From NCBI RefSeq assembly GCF_000315625.1, contig NW_005434580.1, positions 53,170-117,099 on the forward strand: DNA of 63,930 bases, read 5' to 3'. Numbering within the stretch: position 1 is the first letter of the stretch; each line of letters opens with the position of its first letter. This DNA comes from Guillardia theta CCMP2712. Its lineage: Eukaryota; Protista; Cryptophyta. Position numbers and translations under genes: made by a program. The notes under the pieces were generated by a model that saw only the letters and a program-made list of their open reading frames with translations, made no database searches and was not told the DNA's origin. This document shows, one piece after another, positions 49,258 through 63,093 of the stretch.

Positions 49258-49481
49258 TGCGGGGTGAAGGAAATGTCAGGTAGGATGTGGGGTAGGTGGA
49301 TTGGGGGGCGAATCATAACAGACCCAACTTGTGTAAGAGTGATAGAACTCTTTTACTTGCTGTCTTGCAAAATTCTGTATCCGAGATGTCTTCATGTCGC
49401 TCCGAACGAAGGAGTTCTAGCTCCAAAAGATGCAAACAACATGCCGGTGAAGGCGCGCATGAGATGAGCCTTGGTGAAGTC

Positions 49482-49666
49482 ATCAGTCGAGCAACTTTCC
49501 TTCCCTCTCCTGAGATGTCACATCAAGTCAGGATGTCTCGCAGTCAGTGAAGACGTTGGAACGAACCTCAACAGGGGATGGAAGAGAAGATTCATGAAGC
49601 TTATCAACACCCAGGAAGCTAGCAACCACTGCATCGCCGCAAGAATCTGCAAGTTATTTTGTCAGT

Positions 49667-49762
<96 letters not shown>

Positions 49763-50860
49763 TCCATCATCATCATCATTCCCAAAATACAAACACTATC
49801 TCAAAGTAAAACAGTCAAATGTCTGCCTTCACTAGTTCATGCACACATCGATGCAATGGGAAATTGAGATTACTCTGGTTCAGTTGTTGCTCCGCGTGGT
49901 TTGCCCGCTCCTCTGCCGCTGCCAACTTCTCCCTAAGGGCATTGAGCTGCAAAATAGAACGAAAACGACAGGTCATACAAATCAGTCAGCAGGAAAGTAA
50001 ATGATTACCTCCTCTTGCTCCAGTTCGTATTTCTCACGTTCCCTTCTCAACCGCTCCTCTTCACTCTGCAGCACAAGAACCACTCTCCTCACAAGCAAGA
50101 CCAAGATAAAGAGAATCAGTTCGCACTTTGATCTGTCTGGCATGTTCTTCTTTCTCTTTCCTCAGCCTTTCCTCCTCAACCTTGACTTCACAGTCACTTC
50201 ACTGCACAGGAAAGCCGCTGCGTCACCCGAAGCTCCTGCAGCTTCTTCTCGTGTTCTTCTTTCGCGCGCTGCGCTTCTTCCTGTGCTAATCTTGCCTGCA
50301 AATAGAGTCTGCTCACAATTTTGAAGCTCTCAACGCTCTCATGGGGGCTAGAAAGAGATATCTGACACATCAAACAACTCATTGGGCATCAACCATTATC
50401 AGACATCATCAGAGTCAAGCTTTCTACTCTTGAGAACAAAGCCTGATAGATATCAACAGAACTCAATCAATCCAAATCTCTCAACATTCCAAATACACGA
50501 TCAGTAAGACGTGAAGACGCGTGTTCAGACATCTCGACTGGGAGGCAGCATATCATGTTGATTTGTCAGGAATCCTGGCACCATACCCTCAATCTCTCTG
50601 CTTCTTCTTGCTGCAATCTCTCACGATGTGCTGCCTGTCGACGTCTCAGTGACTCCTTCCAACCGTCGAGTTCCATCCTACCTCGTCATCGTGCACCGGC
50701 TCCTGCTCCGGAACCCCTGGCAGCTCCTCGCCAGAAGGAGTTGCGTCCTTTTCGCTTCATAAGGGAAACAAAGCCGGCAAACACTCCGAATCACCTGAGC
50801 ATGCAAGGAGAGCGCAAAGAGGAGCAGGAGCGAGACCGACAAAGCGACCTTCCATGATGC
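49482..50860 (-). CDS. Multi-exon coiled-coil (E/K/R/Q-rich) hypothetical protein
   Basis: GT-AG-bounded exons encode AAHRERLQQEEAERLR, ARLAQEEAQRAKEEHEKKLQELR, VEEERLRKEKEEHARQIK, SEEERLRREREKYELEQEE and LNALREKLAAAEERANHAEQQL. Termini uncertain. Confidence 0.55.
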
Positions 50861-52187
50861 TGGATGAAAATAACTCATTCTCTCGACAATTGGTTGCACT
50901 CGATTGATCTTTCTCACAATCTTCTACAGTCATCTTCTCACCAGCATCTAGGCCTTCCCATTCTCTCCGGCCTCTTGCACATGTTGATTTCATTGTTTTG
51001 AATCTGATCTCTCTCCTTTTCTCTCTTGTCCATCTTTTTTAATTCCCACGTCTTTCGCCCCACAAACCATCTTTCCTCCTCCTTTTCCTCAGCTTATCCC
51101 TCCCCTCATCGTTTCGCAACTTCCTCTTTTTCTTTTGCACTGTCCTTTCGTCTCCTCTTTTTCCCTCCTCTCCCCTCTCCAGCTTTTTCTCCTCCCTTTC
51201 CATCCTTTCCTTCCACTTTTCTTTATCCGCTCAGTTCCTTTCCTCCTCTCCAACTCCACTCTCTCCCTCTCTGTTCTCCCTCCCTCCTCAACTCTTCTTC
51301 TCAAACTCTGCCAATCCTTCTCTTCCTCCCTCCCCCTCCCCTTTCCCTTCCCCCTCCTCTCCCTCTCCCTCTCCTTCCATGTCCCTCACCTGCCATGCCG
51401 TTCGTTCGATGGCGTGCCACCTCCTCCCACTCAACTAAAAAATTTCGAATGAAAATCTAGGATAAATTTTCAAACATTTAATCAATTATTTTCATGGGTA
51501 AATGAATTTGCTTTCAACAATTGCTCCGAGGCGGGTTGGGATCCCGCAAAAGTTTCACTATAGGTAATGGAGGGAGCGAGCATGATCAGAGGAGAGGAGG
51601 GAGGTAGGGAGCGAGCGAGGGGGGAAAGGGAGCGAGCGAGCGAGCGAGCAAGGGAGGGGGAAGCGAGAGAGCGAGGAAGCGAGGGAGCGATTGGGGGAGC
51701 AAGGGAGGGAGCAAGGGAGCAAGGGAGGGGGGAAGCGAGGGAGCGAAGGGGGGTGGGAGCGAGCGGGCGAGGGAAGGGAGTAAAAGGGAAGAAAAGGAGA
51801 CGTAAAAATGGGGCAAGAAGAGCGGAGGAGTGTTGTGGTGTCCTGGCTCAGCGACAAAGGAAGGAACGTGTTTGAAGTCATGGCAAGGGGTGCTTGCAAC
51901 GTTTTTCTATGAGTGCGGAACAGAAATTGACTGCCAAGTGACGAGGAAACAGGAGAGGAGCACAACAATTAAGAGAAGATGAAGTAACGAGACAAGATGT
52001 GTGGTGGGATAAGAAGGGGTTTGGAGTCGAGAGAGGCATAGCAGGAGGGCAAACAAGTTTCAATCGATTTGTTCTTAACAAAAGTTTTTATCTGCATACG
52101 GTCACATGCCCAAGATATCGCCTGGGCTCGTAAATTATAGTTGCATACAAAATTCCCTTGTGATCTCCGCAGCGCTCTCTGCTTGGC

Positions 52188-54688
52188 TCATGCTAGTGCT
52201 GATTTTCCCGCGTTCATCTTGCCGGTGGGGTCGTCAGTGGAGGAGAAACTGGTCTCGAGCTGCTGCTGTGGGGACTGATCGACTGCAGATGGCAAGATCA
52301 GAAGACGGGGAGAGGGAGAGGGTAGCGAGACTACCTTGAAGGTTGGAGGCCTCGACAGGGTTGGAGGCGTAGACTGGCGAGTAGCTCTCAGGCGCAACGG
52401 GAGGAGGAGCGTCCACCTGCAGCATAGGAACTGCCTGAATTTCAGGAGTCTGCTGCTCCACCATCGGCATCGGCTGCGGCATGCTGGTAGGCTGCATAGC
52501 ACTGACTTCTTGCATTGGAACTGCCTGCGGAACTGTGCCCTTCTGTACAAATCACAACATCAGTGAACCTGCAAGAACGTCCACACTCTCGGACATAAGC
52601 GTGAGGGTACCTGGGGTTGTTGCTCGTAGCTTGGAGCGACTCCGTGCTCTGAGATGTCAAGCCCAGCCTCCTCTACCTCAGCGCTCACTCGGATCCCGAT
52701 CGTCTTGTCGATGAACAGGAACAGCATCACCGACATCCCGATCGTCCATGCTGCGATCACCAAGCTTCCCACCACCTGCACTCCGAACTGCTCGCCGCTG
52801 CCGCAAGCCTCGTTGGCGTTGGGGTAGCCCGCATACTGCACGTTCTTGTCCGTGCAGAAGATGCCGGTCGCCCAGATGCCCCACATGCCGCAGAAGCCAT
52901 GCACGACCGAGGCGTCGCAAGGATCGTCGATGCGGAGAGCGAGCAAGAGGTAATGACCACCGTACAAAATAAGTGCAGCCACAAACCCGATGAGGAAGGC
53001 CATCCTGTAACAGAGGCGTCAGCGACCCGCCATACCCCAGCTCCTCCTCTCGCTCCTCCGCACCCTTCACGCCAAACGCTCTCTCTCTAGTCTTGTCGAT
53101 CCCTCTCGTTCCTCCTCCCTTACCATGGATCGACGACCGCACAGTTGGCAGTGATCCCTACCAGCCCCGCCAGCACTCCGTTGAGCCCCATCGAGATGTT
53201 GTAGTGTCCTTGGAGGGCCTTGGCCAGGAACGTCGCCGTGATCGCTGCTGACGCCGCCGAGATCGTCATGTTCACCGCCACCTTCCCGGCTACGTTGGCG
53301 GCTCCTCCCGAGATCATGAGCGTCGACCCGCAGTTGAAGCCGTACCACCCGAACCACAGGATGAACACTCCCAGCGCCTGCAGCGTGTTGTTCCCGTCGA
53401 AGAGCGTGTTGACCGACCCGTCGGGCCCGAAGCGTCCTCGACGAGCTCCCGCGATGATCGCCCCGACCAGCCCGCAGAAGCCTCCTACCATGTGCACGAC
53501 TCCTGACCCCGCAAAGTCGATCAAGCCGTTGGACCGCGTGTCCTTGTTGAAGATGGGCCGAGCTACCCCGTTGGAGTCAGGATACGCTCCCCACGCCGAC
53601 AGCCACCCGTACCCCCACACCCAGTGCACGATCACGGGGTACATGAAGGTGCTCAAGAACACCGAGTAGATGAAGTACGCCTCCAGCTTCGTCCGCTCGC
53701 ACACAGCCCCAGCCACGATGGTGGCCGCGGCTCCCGCGAAGGCCCACTGGAAGAACCACTTCTCCCACCCGTCCGAGCTACCCATGCCGTCTCCTGCTCC
53801 GTTGTAGACGTCCTTCAAGCCGAAGTAGCACGCGCTCCCGCACTTGCCGATGAAGCCGCCCGAGTCCGACCCGAAGGCGAAGCCGTAGCCCAGCAGCCAG
53901 AAGGCGATGGCCGCGATGGAGGCGTCGATCATGTTCTTGAAGAGGATGTTGGTGACGTTCTTGGGGTGGACGATACCGGCTTCGAGCATGGCGAAGCCGG
54001 CCTGCATGAAGAAGACGAGGGCACCTGGGGAGGAGTGAGAAGGTGAAGGAATAGGCGAGGAGAGGGGGAGGGCGTACCACACAGAACTATCCATGCTGTA
54101 TCCATGTCTCGGGAGTTGGCCTTGACAAGCGCCTCAAAGTCATTGAGGTTTTTCCGATTTTGACTGACCGCATCTGTTGCTTGTTGATACTGCCATTTCA
54201 TCAAATTATTGTCATTGCACTTGAGTGTTTGCACTCAATCATCAATAATCTTCTGTCGTTTTGACTCTCAAACACTGCGGTATGTCAATTTGTGTCTCTA
54301 CCTAGCTTTTCAGCACAAAACTTTGTTTGTTTTCTACACATCGATGCTCAGGTATCACTGAAAAGCGCGTACTTCAAGTAAAGTGTTCAACTCTCTTCCA
54401 GCTATCGACCCGGCCTGTTCTGTCCTCAAAGTACAGAGTTTTGAATGAGCTGTTTCTCCTTTGCTTGCACCTATCTTTTCTTCTCACCGTCACCCGTTCC
54501 ACACCATCCCTACTCTTCTGCCACCCAGTCCTTTCCCTTCCTCCATCACATCAAATTCATCCTCCCGTCCTCTCGCTCTCAGTCCAGCGGGTCAGTGGGT
54601 GGTTCGGGTGATCTGGCCCTCCTCTCCTCACCTGTACTTGTAGACTCTGGAACTTCGCCCATAGCTCGTCGTACGTCGGCGCAGCCAT
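52188..54688 (-). CDS. AMT: Ammonium transporter (Amt/MEP/Rh family), copy A
   Basis: DTAWIVLC|GALVFFMQAGFAMLEAG, FFQWAF, GAVCERTK, DFAGSGVVHMVGG, LWFGWYGFNCGS, NGVLAGLVGITA, IDDPCDASVVHG and EEAGLDISEHG; both pore His present. Start MAAPTYDEL at 54688, Pro/Gln-rich tail. Confidence 0.96.
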
Positions 54689-55192
54689 GTTCCTTGAAGT
54701 TGCCGCCTGAGAAGTAAGGATTGAATCGATTGAATCAATCATACTTCAGGTTCAAACCGATTTTCTTCCCTCTTCCAGTACCTGGAAACGAATTTTTTTA
54801 CCAAACAGCTGAATCGATTTGATTCAAATCATTATCTTCTCACATCCCCTTGCCCGGTACGAATCATTGATTCTAGGAAATAGGTGGTGGGGGTACGTGC
54901 ATAGGGGTCCTTGAAGATGATTTTCTGTATGATACTGGGGGTAGTTGATTGAGAAGTATGGGTAGTGGGTAGTTCATAACGGTTGGATCATGTCGAAATT
55001 GACACTTTTTTTTAGGTCAATGTTGCCAATGTTGAATCTGAGAATTTCAAAGTTACTTTTGAATTTTCCATACAAGAAATATTTTTGGCACGGAGGCGTT
55101 TCAGTGCGGCGCCGCAGTACACAGCGAAATTATCCTTGAAAATTCAAGTTTGCTGGAATCATTTCAATCAACTTTTGAAATCTCGTGTCAAC
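54689..55192. promoter_or_regulatory. Bidirectional promoter between the two AMT genes, with clustered GAATC/GATTC
   Basis: ~500 bp AT-rich spacer between divergent ATGs (54688 and 55193). GAATC/GATTC at 54723, 54732, 54811, 54821, 54861, 54869, 55034 and 55156. Confidence 0.6.
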
Positions 55193-57671
55193 ATGGCGAC
55201 GATGCCTGCGCCCGATGCGAGGAATTTCATGGGGCTGATGAAGAACCTGGAGAAAGGGGTAAGTCCATGCACGTGAACAATGCTGAAGTCAAGAGAAGAA
55301 GCGGCGCTCAGATAGACACGAGCATGCAGTGGTCACCGGCAGTATGATAGTTGAAATGGCCCCGGCAGGAAGCTAGAGGTGAACCAAGAGACTCTCACGG
55401 GGAAAGGGAAGGGGGAAGGGGGGCGGGAAGCTGCGAGGATAGATAAGGAGAGAATTTAGGAGAGGAGGATCATACGGATCATGCACAACAGGCTGCTACA
55501 AGTTGGCCTGAGAAGAAAAGGAAGGACAAGCAAACCTTCTGAAGGAGTAGATAGAATGGCCTGATTTATTGAATGTCAGCAAAGCCATACCAAACAAGTG
55601 GGTGAGGTGGAGCGATGATCAAACGATGCACTCTCCCTGTTGTTTTATGTAATCTTGCTCAAAAGCTGACTGTAAATTGCATCAGTTCAACTTCACCATT
55701 AGGTACGTCGACCAGCTGGATGCCGAAATCAACACCACGCTAGTGTCCGTGGGACAGAATTCAAACGACCTTGACACAGCATGGATAGTTCTGTGTGGTA
55801 CGCCCTCCTCCCCCTTCTCTCACCTCTTCCGTCACCTTCTCACTCCTCCCCAGGTGCCCTCGTCTTCTTCATGCAGGCCGGCTTCGCCATGCTCGAAGCC
55901 GGTATCGTCCACCCCAAGAACGTCACCAACATCCTCTTCAAGAACATGATCGACGCCTCCATCGCGGCCATCGCCTTCTGGCTGCTGGGCTACGGCTTCG
56001 CCTTCGGGTCGGACTCGGGCGGCTTCATCGGCAAGTGCGGGAGCGAGTGCTACTTCGGCTTGAAGGACGTCTACAACGGAGCAGGAGACGGCATGGGTAG
56101 CTCGGACGGGTGGGAGAAGTGGTTCTTCCAGTGGGCCTTCGCGGGAGCCGCGGCCACCATCGTGGCTGGGGCTGTGTGCGAGCGGACGAAGCTGGAGGCG
56201 TACTTCATCTACTCGGTGTTCTTGAGCACCTTCATGTACCCCGTGATCGTGCACTGGGTGTGGGGGTACGGGTGGCTGTCGGCGTGGGGAGCGTATCCTG
56301 ACTCCAACGGGGTAGCTCGGCCCATCTTCAACAAGGACACGCGGTCCAACGGCTTGATCGACTTTGCGGGGTCAGGAGTCGTGCACATGGTAGGAGGCTT
56401 CTGCGGGCTGGTCGGGGCGATCATCGCGGGAGCTCGTCGAGGACGCTTCGGGCCCGACGGGTCGGTCAACACGCTCTTCGAAGGGAACAACACGCTGCAG
56501 GCGCTGGGAGTGTTCATCCTGTGGTTCGGGTGGTACGGCTTCAACTGCGGGTCGACGCTCATGATCTCGGGAGGAGCCGCCAACGTAGCCGGGAAGGTGG
56601 CGGTGAACATGACGATCTCGGCGGCGTCAGCAGCGATCACGGCGACGTTCCTGGCCAAGGCCCTCCAAGGACACTACAACATCTCGATGGGGCTCAACGG
56701 AGTGCTGGCGGGGCTGGTAGGGATCACTGCCAACTGTGCGGTCGTCGATCCATGGTAAGGGAGGAGGAACGAGAGGGATCGACAAGACTAGAGAGAGAGC
56801 GTTTGGCGTGAAGGGTGCGGAGGAGCGAGAGGAGGAGCTGGGGTATGGCGGGTCGCTGACGCCTCTGTTACAGGATGGCCTTCCTCATCGGGTTTGGAGC
56901 AGCAATCATCCTGCTTGCTGGCCACTCTCTCCTCCTCTACCTTCGCATCGACGATCCTTGCGACGCCTCGGTCGTGCATGGCTTCTGCGGCATGTGGGGC
57001 ATCTGGGCGACCGGCATCTTCTGCACGGACAAGAACGTGCAGTATGCGGGCTACCCCAACGCCAACGAGGCTTGCGGCAGCGGCGAGCAGTTCGGAGTGC
57101 AGGTGGTGGGAAGCTTGGTGATCGCAGCATGGACGATCGGGATGTCGGTGATGCTGTTCCTGTTCATCGACAAGACGATCGGGATCCGAGTGAGCGCTGA
57201 GGTAGAGGAGGACGGGCTGGACGCCTCAGAGCACGGCATTGACTATATCCTTCCTATGCTGCCGAACCGGGTATGTTGTATTTTGCAGGAGGGCAATGTA
57301 GGAGAGGAGGAGAGAGAAGGGAGGAAGTAGGAGAGAGAGGAAGAGGAGTGAGAGGAGGAGGAGGAGGAGGAGGAGGAGGAGGAGGAGATTTGACGACCTG
57401 CTGTTGTCGCAGATGGCGGATGCAAGTAGGATGGATGCACACGCGAGGAAGATGGAAGGGGCTCCGCATGCGCCGCATCCTCCCACCTCCAATTCCGTTC
57501 ATCCTGACTTCTCATCTCCTGCACAAGAGAGCGTGGGAGAGGAATGTGAGACGAAAGCTTTCTTGCTTGACATGATGTGTTTTTTCTGACATGTTGGCAG
57601 ACGGTATCCAGCAGTCAGAGACAGCAAACGTGCAGTCTTTGACGTTTGCTGGAGGCTCTGGGGAGGCGTAA
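55193..57671 (+). CDS. AMT: Ammonium transporter (Amt/MEP/Rh family), copy B
   Basis: Same core motifs as copy A, with a distinct N-terminus (MATMPAPDARNF...) and C-terminus (HGIDYILPMLPNR|MADASR...GGSGEA*). Confidence 0.96.
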
Positions 57672-58099
57672 GAGGTGATGAGGGTTGAGAAGAAATAGAA
57701 AGAGGGAGGGAGGGAGAGTGAACCAATTCTTGTGCTATACAAACAAAACATTCATCGAGATTGAAATTATGGTTGCAGGAGCTGAGTTGCCTCGCATGCA
57801 CTTATTCCTCCTCCTCCTCCTCCTCCTCCTCCTTGACCCCACCCTCCCCTCCTCCTTCTCCTGCTTCTGGACTTGTCGTATCTCCACTCCTCATCATCAT
57901 TACAGACTTGTCGATCTGTAAGATTCAAGCTCTAACACAATGTTCTGCCAGCCATTCAGCATAGAGTAAGAAAGGGAAAAAGGAGGGGCAAACCTGTATC
58001 AACGTGACCCAGAACAAAGATTCCTTCTGTTGACAGACGTGAGATGTAAGTTTACAGCAGGTACAAACACCGCCAGCATAGAACAATGGGCAAACAGTT

Positions 58100-58940
58100 T
58101 AGAGTTCAAAGCAAACATTCCAGACAAACAACTCTCAACCGTCAGCGCGATCAACAGCATGTTTTAAACAATCCCATCTCTCACCGTGCGGGATATCAGA
58201 CCATCTATATACACAAGTCTCATTGACATGTCGACGACAAACTGTTCCATTTCCAGCATGTAAACATCCTGCAATCACATCAGCGTGTGATGTACGATGA
58301 GCGACATCTTGTACATGGTCAACGTGCCCGATGTTTGACTGCCCGGAGAAGCGTGAGAACGAACAAAAGTATGTGAAGAGCGATAAGAACTGAATGGAGG
58401 GAGGGAGGGAGGGGTGAGGGAGAGCGGGAAAAGGAGAGGCAGGGAGAGAGGCAGGAAGGGAGTGGGGGAGAGGGAGGGAAGGAGAGAGGGAGCGAGGTAA
58501 GGAGAAAGGGAGGGAGAGAGGGGGGGAAGAGGGAGGGAGGGAGAAAGGGAAGGATAGAGGGAGAAGAAGAAACAGGCAGGCGCAGGCAGAGGGACAGCGG
58601 AGGAATTTTTCACCGCGGCAGGAGAACTTTTCTCGTCCTTGAACCAATCTGAGACGGCTGAGACCTGACAACATCAAAATTCAACAACTAGATCCTGTAT
58701 CAAGTCTTCTCCTCCCCTCTTCCTCCCCCTNNNNNNNNNNNNNNNNNNNNNNNNNNNNNNNNNNNNNNNNNNNNNNNNNNNNNNNNNNNNNNNNNNNNNN
58801 NNNNNNNNNNNNNNNNNNNNNNNNNNNNNNTCCTCGCCTCTCCCGCCTCCCCGTCGCCGTTCCCTCCTCCTTCCGCGTTACTCACGTCTCAGTCCTGGCT
58901 CTCCTTATCCGCCTTCTCCGTCAGCCTTCGCCTCCTTCGC

Positions 58941-58999
<59 letters not shown>

Positions 59000-60104
59000 T
59001 TAAGCTCCCTGCTGTGTCATTATCAGCACTCCCCTCCTCGTCCCCTCCCACACTCCTAGTCTGTCTCTCCCTGCTTCTTTCCTCCTCCTTTCTCTCTTTC
59101 CATTTGTCTTGCCATCTTTCCTGCTCCCACACCCTCCTCCCTCTCGACTCACTCTCTCACTTTCTTTTCCGCTCTCCCTCCCTTATCTTCCACCACCTCC
59201 CACCTCCAACTCCACCTGCTGCTCCACTACCAGCTCTCCTCACTCCCTTTTTCTCTCCTTCTCCTTCCTCCTTCTCCTCCCTCCTTCTCCTCTCCCGCTC
59301 CCCCCCTTCCTCCCCCCCTCCTCCTCCTCCTCCTTGTTCTGATCAACTCCAACACCTGGGGTCCGGTGATTTGTCCTGCATCAAAACGTCACAGGGACAA
59401 AGCAGGAAAAGATGAAAAACTTGAAAAGTTTCTCGTCGATTCTCACCTCTTTCGGGGAATTTATCATCTTCTCTGCCAATTTCTGATTTTCTTTGGAAAT
59501 CAGCTTCAAGCTCTCTGCCCAGCAATTCTCAACGTCAATTGTGAAACAAGGAGCAAGTTGCTTCAAAAAAAGCAAGAAGTCGTACCAAGCTCCTGTATAG
59601 TATCCTGTAATTTCTTCTCAAGTTGTTCATTCCGCATCTCAATCTGATGTATTTTGTCGCCTTCAGTCTTCTGCGAGTTCAAGATACCATCAGCAGCCAT
59701 AGGAGCATCAAGTTGTCAACTTACAACTTGGAGGGCAAATTCAACCTGTTGCTTCAGCATGCTCATCTCATCGTCTTGTTTTTCCTTTCATTCTTGCAGC
59801 GTCTTGTTAGTTCTTGATCGATACAAACCATCTCAACAAACGATATCTAACCTGTGAAAGGTCTAACAGATAATTCAGATTTTGCATTTCTTTTAGCAGC
59901 TTTGCATTCTCGGATCTGGAAGGAGATATAAGTGATCTCATAAACCCAGTCGTTGAATCCACACTCCAAAACTTTGATACGTTTCTTGTCATTATATGAA
60001 TGGGAATCATCATCATCATCATCATCACCATCACCATCATCACCATCACCATCATCATCATCATCATCTTCATCATCATCTTCATCTTCATCTTCATCAT
60101 CATC

Positions 60105-60162
<58 letters not shown>

Positions 60163-63060
60163 GCTGCTGCTGCAGCAGCAGCAGCATCTTTCATCTCTCC
60201 CACGAATTGAATTCCATCTGCGCTCATCATCATCACATCCTGACCTCAAAGTATCCAGCTCCTCTTGGATCGACGAGCTTAGAACTTTGTTCTCCTACAT
60301 TTCACATCACAATCATCATCATCATCATCCATCACCTATTCTCCAACCTTTGCATGTTGACCGATCTCTGCCCTCCCTGTGCTAGTCTGCAACAAACATC
60401 ACAAGAACGCTCTCCATCATCCAACACGATGCAAGCTCACGTCGTCTCCAGACTTGAGCCTCTCACTCTCTCTCTTCACCTCAGCCAACTGCAACCAAAA
60501 ACTTCATTTCCTCTCCCCCGCACGCCCCATCACCCTCCCTCCTTACCTTCATTGCCAGCTGATCTCTCTCTCTCTCCACTTCCTCCCTCCTCCTCTCCTC
60601 CTCTTCCCGCAGCTTCTCCTCTTGCTCCACCTGGCCTCTTCCCATCATGCACTTTCATTGCTCAGCATGCATGTTCGTTACCTTCCTTGTGAGTTGTTCG
60701 ACTTCTTGATTCAGATGCTCCCTCAGTTTCTCCTCCTGTTTGATCTTCAAGATAACCGAGTGAGAATCATCGTCGTCGTTCCGGTCATCGCAATCATCAT
60801 CTTCTACTCCTTCCTGCTCCTCCTCATCATCATACCGTTTTCCTATTTCCTTCCTCCTCCTCCTCCTCCTCCTCCTCCTCCTCCTCCTCCTCCTTCTATC
60901 CTAGTTCTCGTCCTCTCACCTGCTCGTGAAGAGAATCCACGTAGTGCTCCATCATCTTCTCAGTCTCCAGCAACTTCACAGCGCAAGGCTCCAACATCAG
61001 GAGCGTAGAAACGTAACGTTACTTCTCTACCTTCTCGTTCTTCAGCCGGAGCTCCTTAACTTGAACATCAACTGCGGCTGTCGGGCTGGCTTGCGATGAA
61101 ACCTGAAACCTGCAAGTCATCTTCGATGCAGTCTGGTTGTGCAATCATCACTTGCTGATGCTCATATGCAGCCTTGAGATGGTAGTCCTGGTCTGGAAGA
61201 GAGTGTCATACATGCGCTCGCTGCGGAGAGCTGCTAGCAACATGGGAGAAAAGAGAGGAGAGAGGAAAGAGGACGGGAAGGATGAAGAGAGAAGGAAGAT
61301 GAGGGCGGATGAGGGACTAGGGGGAAGGAAAAAGAACGATAAACACAGCAGCAAGAGGACGAGAAGCATGAACATAGCAGCACGAGCAGCACTGAAGTTG
61401 CAAAGCGCAGATGAGGGAAAGACACGACATCGTCTTTCTAACTCATTGACCATTACCTCTTGAAAGTAGAACAGCACCAGCACCAGCACCAGCACCAGCA
61501 GCTGGGGGGAGGACAGGAGCAGGAGCAGCATTCCTGAGCTTCAGGAGGAGGTTGTCGATCTTTTTCAGCAGAGGTTGAAAGAACTTGGATGCTTCTGCTG
61601 CTACTTCCCCTGAGCCCTCCGGGGGCATCGAGACCACCCTGCGAATCCACGAGGAAGGGACTCTTTGCTGGATCCCACCGACCTCGATCTTCACTCCTCC
61701 CTTCCTCTTTCCTTCCTCCTCCTTCCCCTCCTCCTCCTCCGCCTCCTCCTCTTCCTCCCCTCCTATGCTGTCTTCCAGGACAGTGCATTCTTGCGCATAC
61801 TCGCTCTTGGCATTTCCAACGTAGAAGTGAGCAACCACAAGATCACCCTTGGACAACTTGAACTGCAAAGTTTTCTAGAGGATCTCGAAGTCACTAGAAG
61901 TGAAGGAGAGAGGAGGTAGGAAGGGAGAGTAGAGTGTAGGGAAAGAAATGGAGAGAGGGGAGGGAGAAGAGAGGGGAGGGAGAAGAAGATAGGAGGGAAA
62001 GGGCGAATATGAGAATGCAGAGAACTGACTCGCGCAAGAAAGCATCAACAATGAAGCGAGCGAGAGAGAAGGCGCAGAAAGAGAAGGTAAGGAGGAGGTG
62101 GAGGAGGTGGAAGAGAAGGGGGGGGAGGAGTGCTCGGAGTTCACAGACCTCGATATGATTCATCAGGCTCTCTACATGGAGCTTGATAGCCGCGCGGAGC
62201 TGCCGATGCCTCCGGAGGTTGTGGTGGAGCATATCAAAGATCGCCTCTGCGGTAAAACTCCATCATGTCGCCGAACAAACGCACAAATTGTTTATCACCC
62301 TCAACCACAACAGGCATGCGGAAGGATGGGATCCCGTCGATCAGATTCTGGTCGTTATGTCATAGCCTTGCTCCTCCTCCTTTGCCCCTCCCCCCCCTAT
62401 TCCCCTCCGCCTCCTCCGGCTATCCCTCCAACCTCTCCCTTGCTCCCTCCCTGCTCCCTTTCCCTGCCTCCCTCTCTCACTGTCTCCCTCCCTGCTCATC
62501 CCATTCTCTGTCCCTTCCTCGCTGCTCCCCCCTCTCCTCCTCTCCTCCTCTCCTCCTCCCCCCTCTCCTCTCCTCCTTCCCAACCTTCAGGCCCTGCATC
62601 TCGGCCTCAACTTTGCTCTTAGGCTCTCTCTGTAAAGATCTGAAGCAGAAGTTGTGCTCCGAGAGGACGCGGGACTTGTTGGAAAGAGCTTCATTGCAGA
62701 CGAAGTGCTGGAGAGAGAGCCATGAGGGAGAGCGAGCGAGCGAACGAGCGAGCGGGAGGGAGGAAGGGAGGAAGAAAGGGAGAGTGGGACTCGGGGAGAG
62801 AGAGAGAGAGAGCGGGGAGAACAGCATCAGACTGAACTTTGAAGAAAGGAAGTCGAGAGTTGTATCTCTACCTGACGATCAAAATCTTTGTGACATGAGA
62901 CGTGAATGTCGGAAAGAAACCATTCGAAGTCTGGAGAAAAACTTGCGAGCTCTACACCACCTAAGAATTGATTGTCATCGTCATTGCCGACGTGGCAATC
63001 ATCATCATCATCTCCATCATCATCATCATCACCATCACCATCATCTCCATCATCACCATG

Positions 63061-63093
<33 letters not shown>

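Noticed and set aside
53220-56658. Antisense ORFs over both AMT genes
   Set aside because: Shadow frames caused by high GC3 codon bias, duplicated only because of the inverted repeat.
15551-57671. Nitrogen-assimilation gene cluster (formamidase + AMTs + hexosaminidase)
   Set aside because: The genes are 8-35 kb apart with unrelated genes between them, so co-location may be chance.
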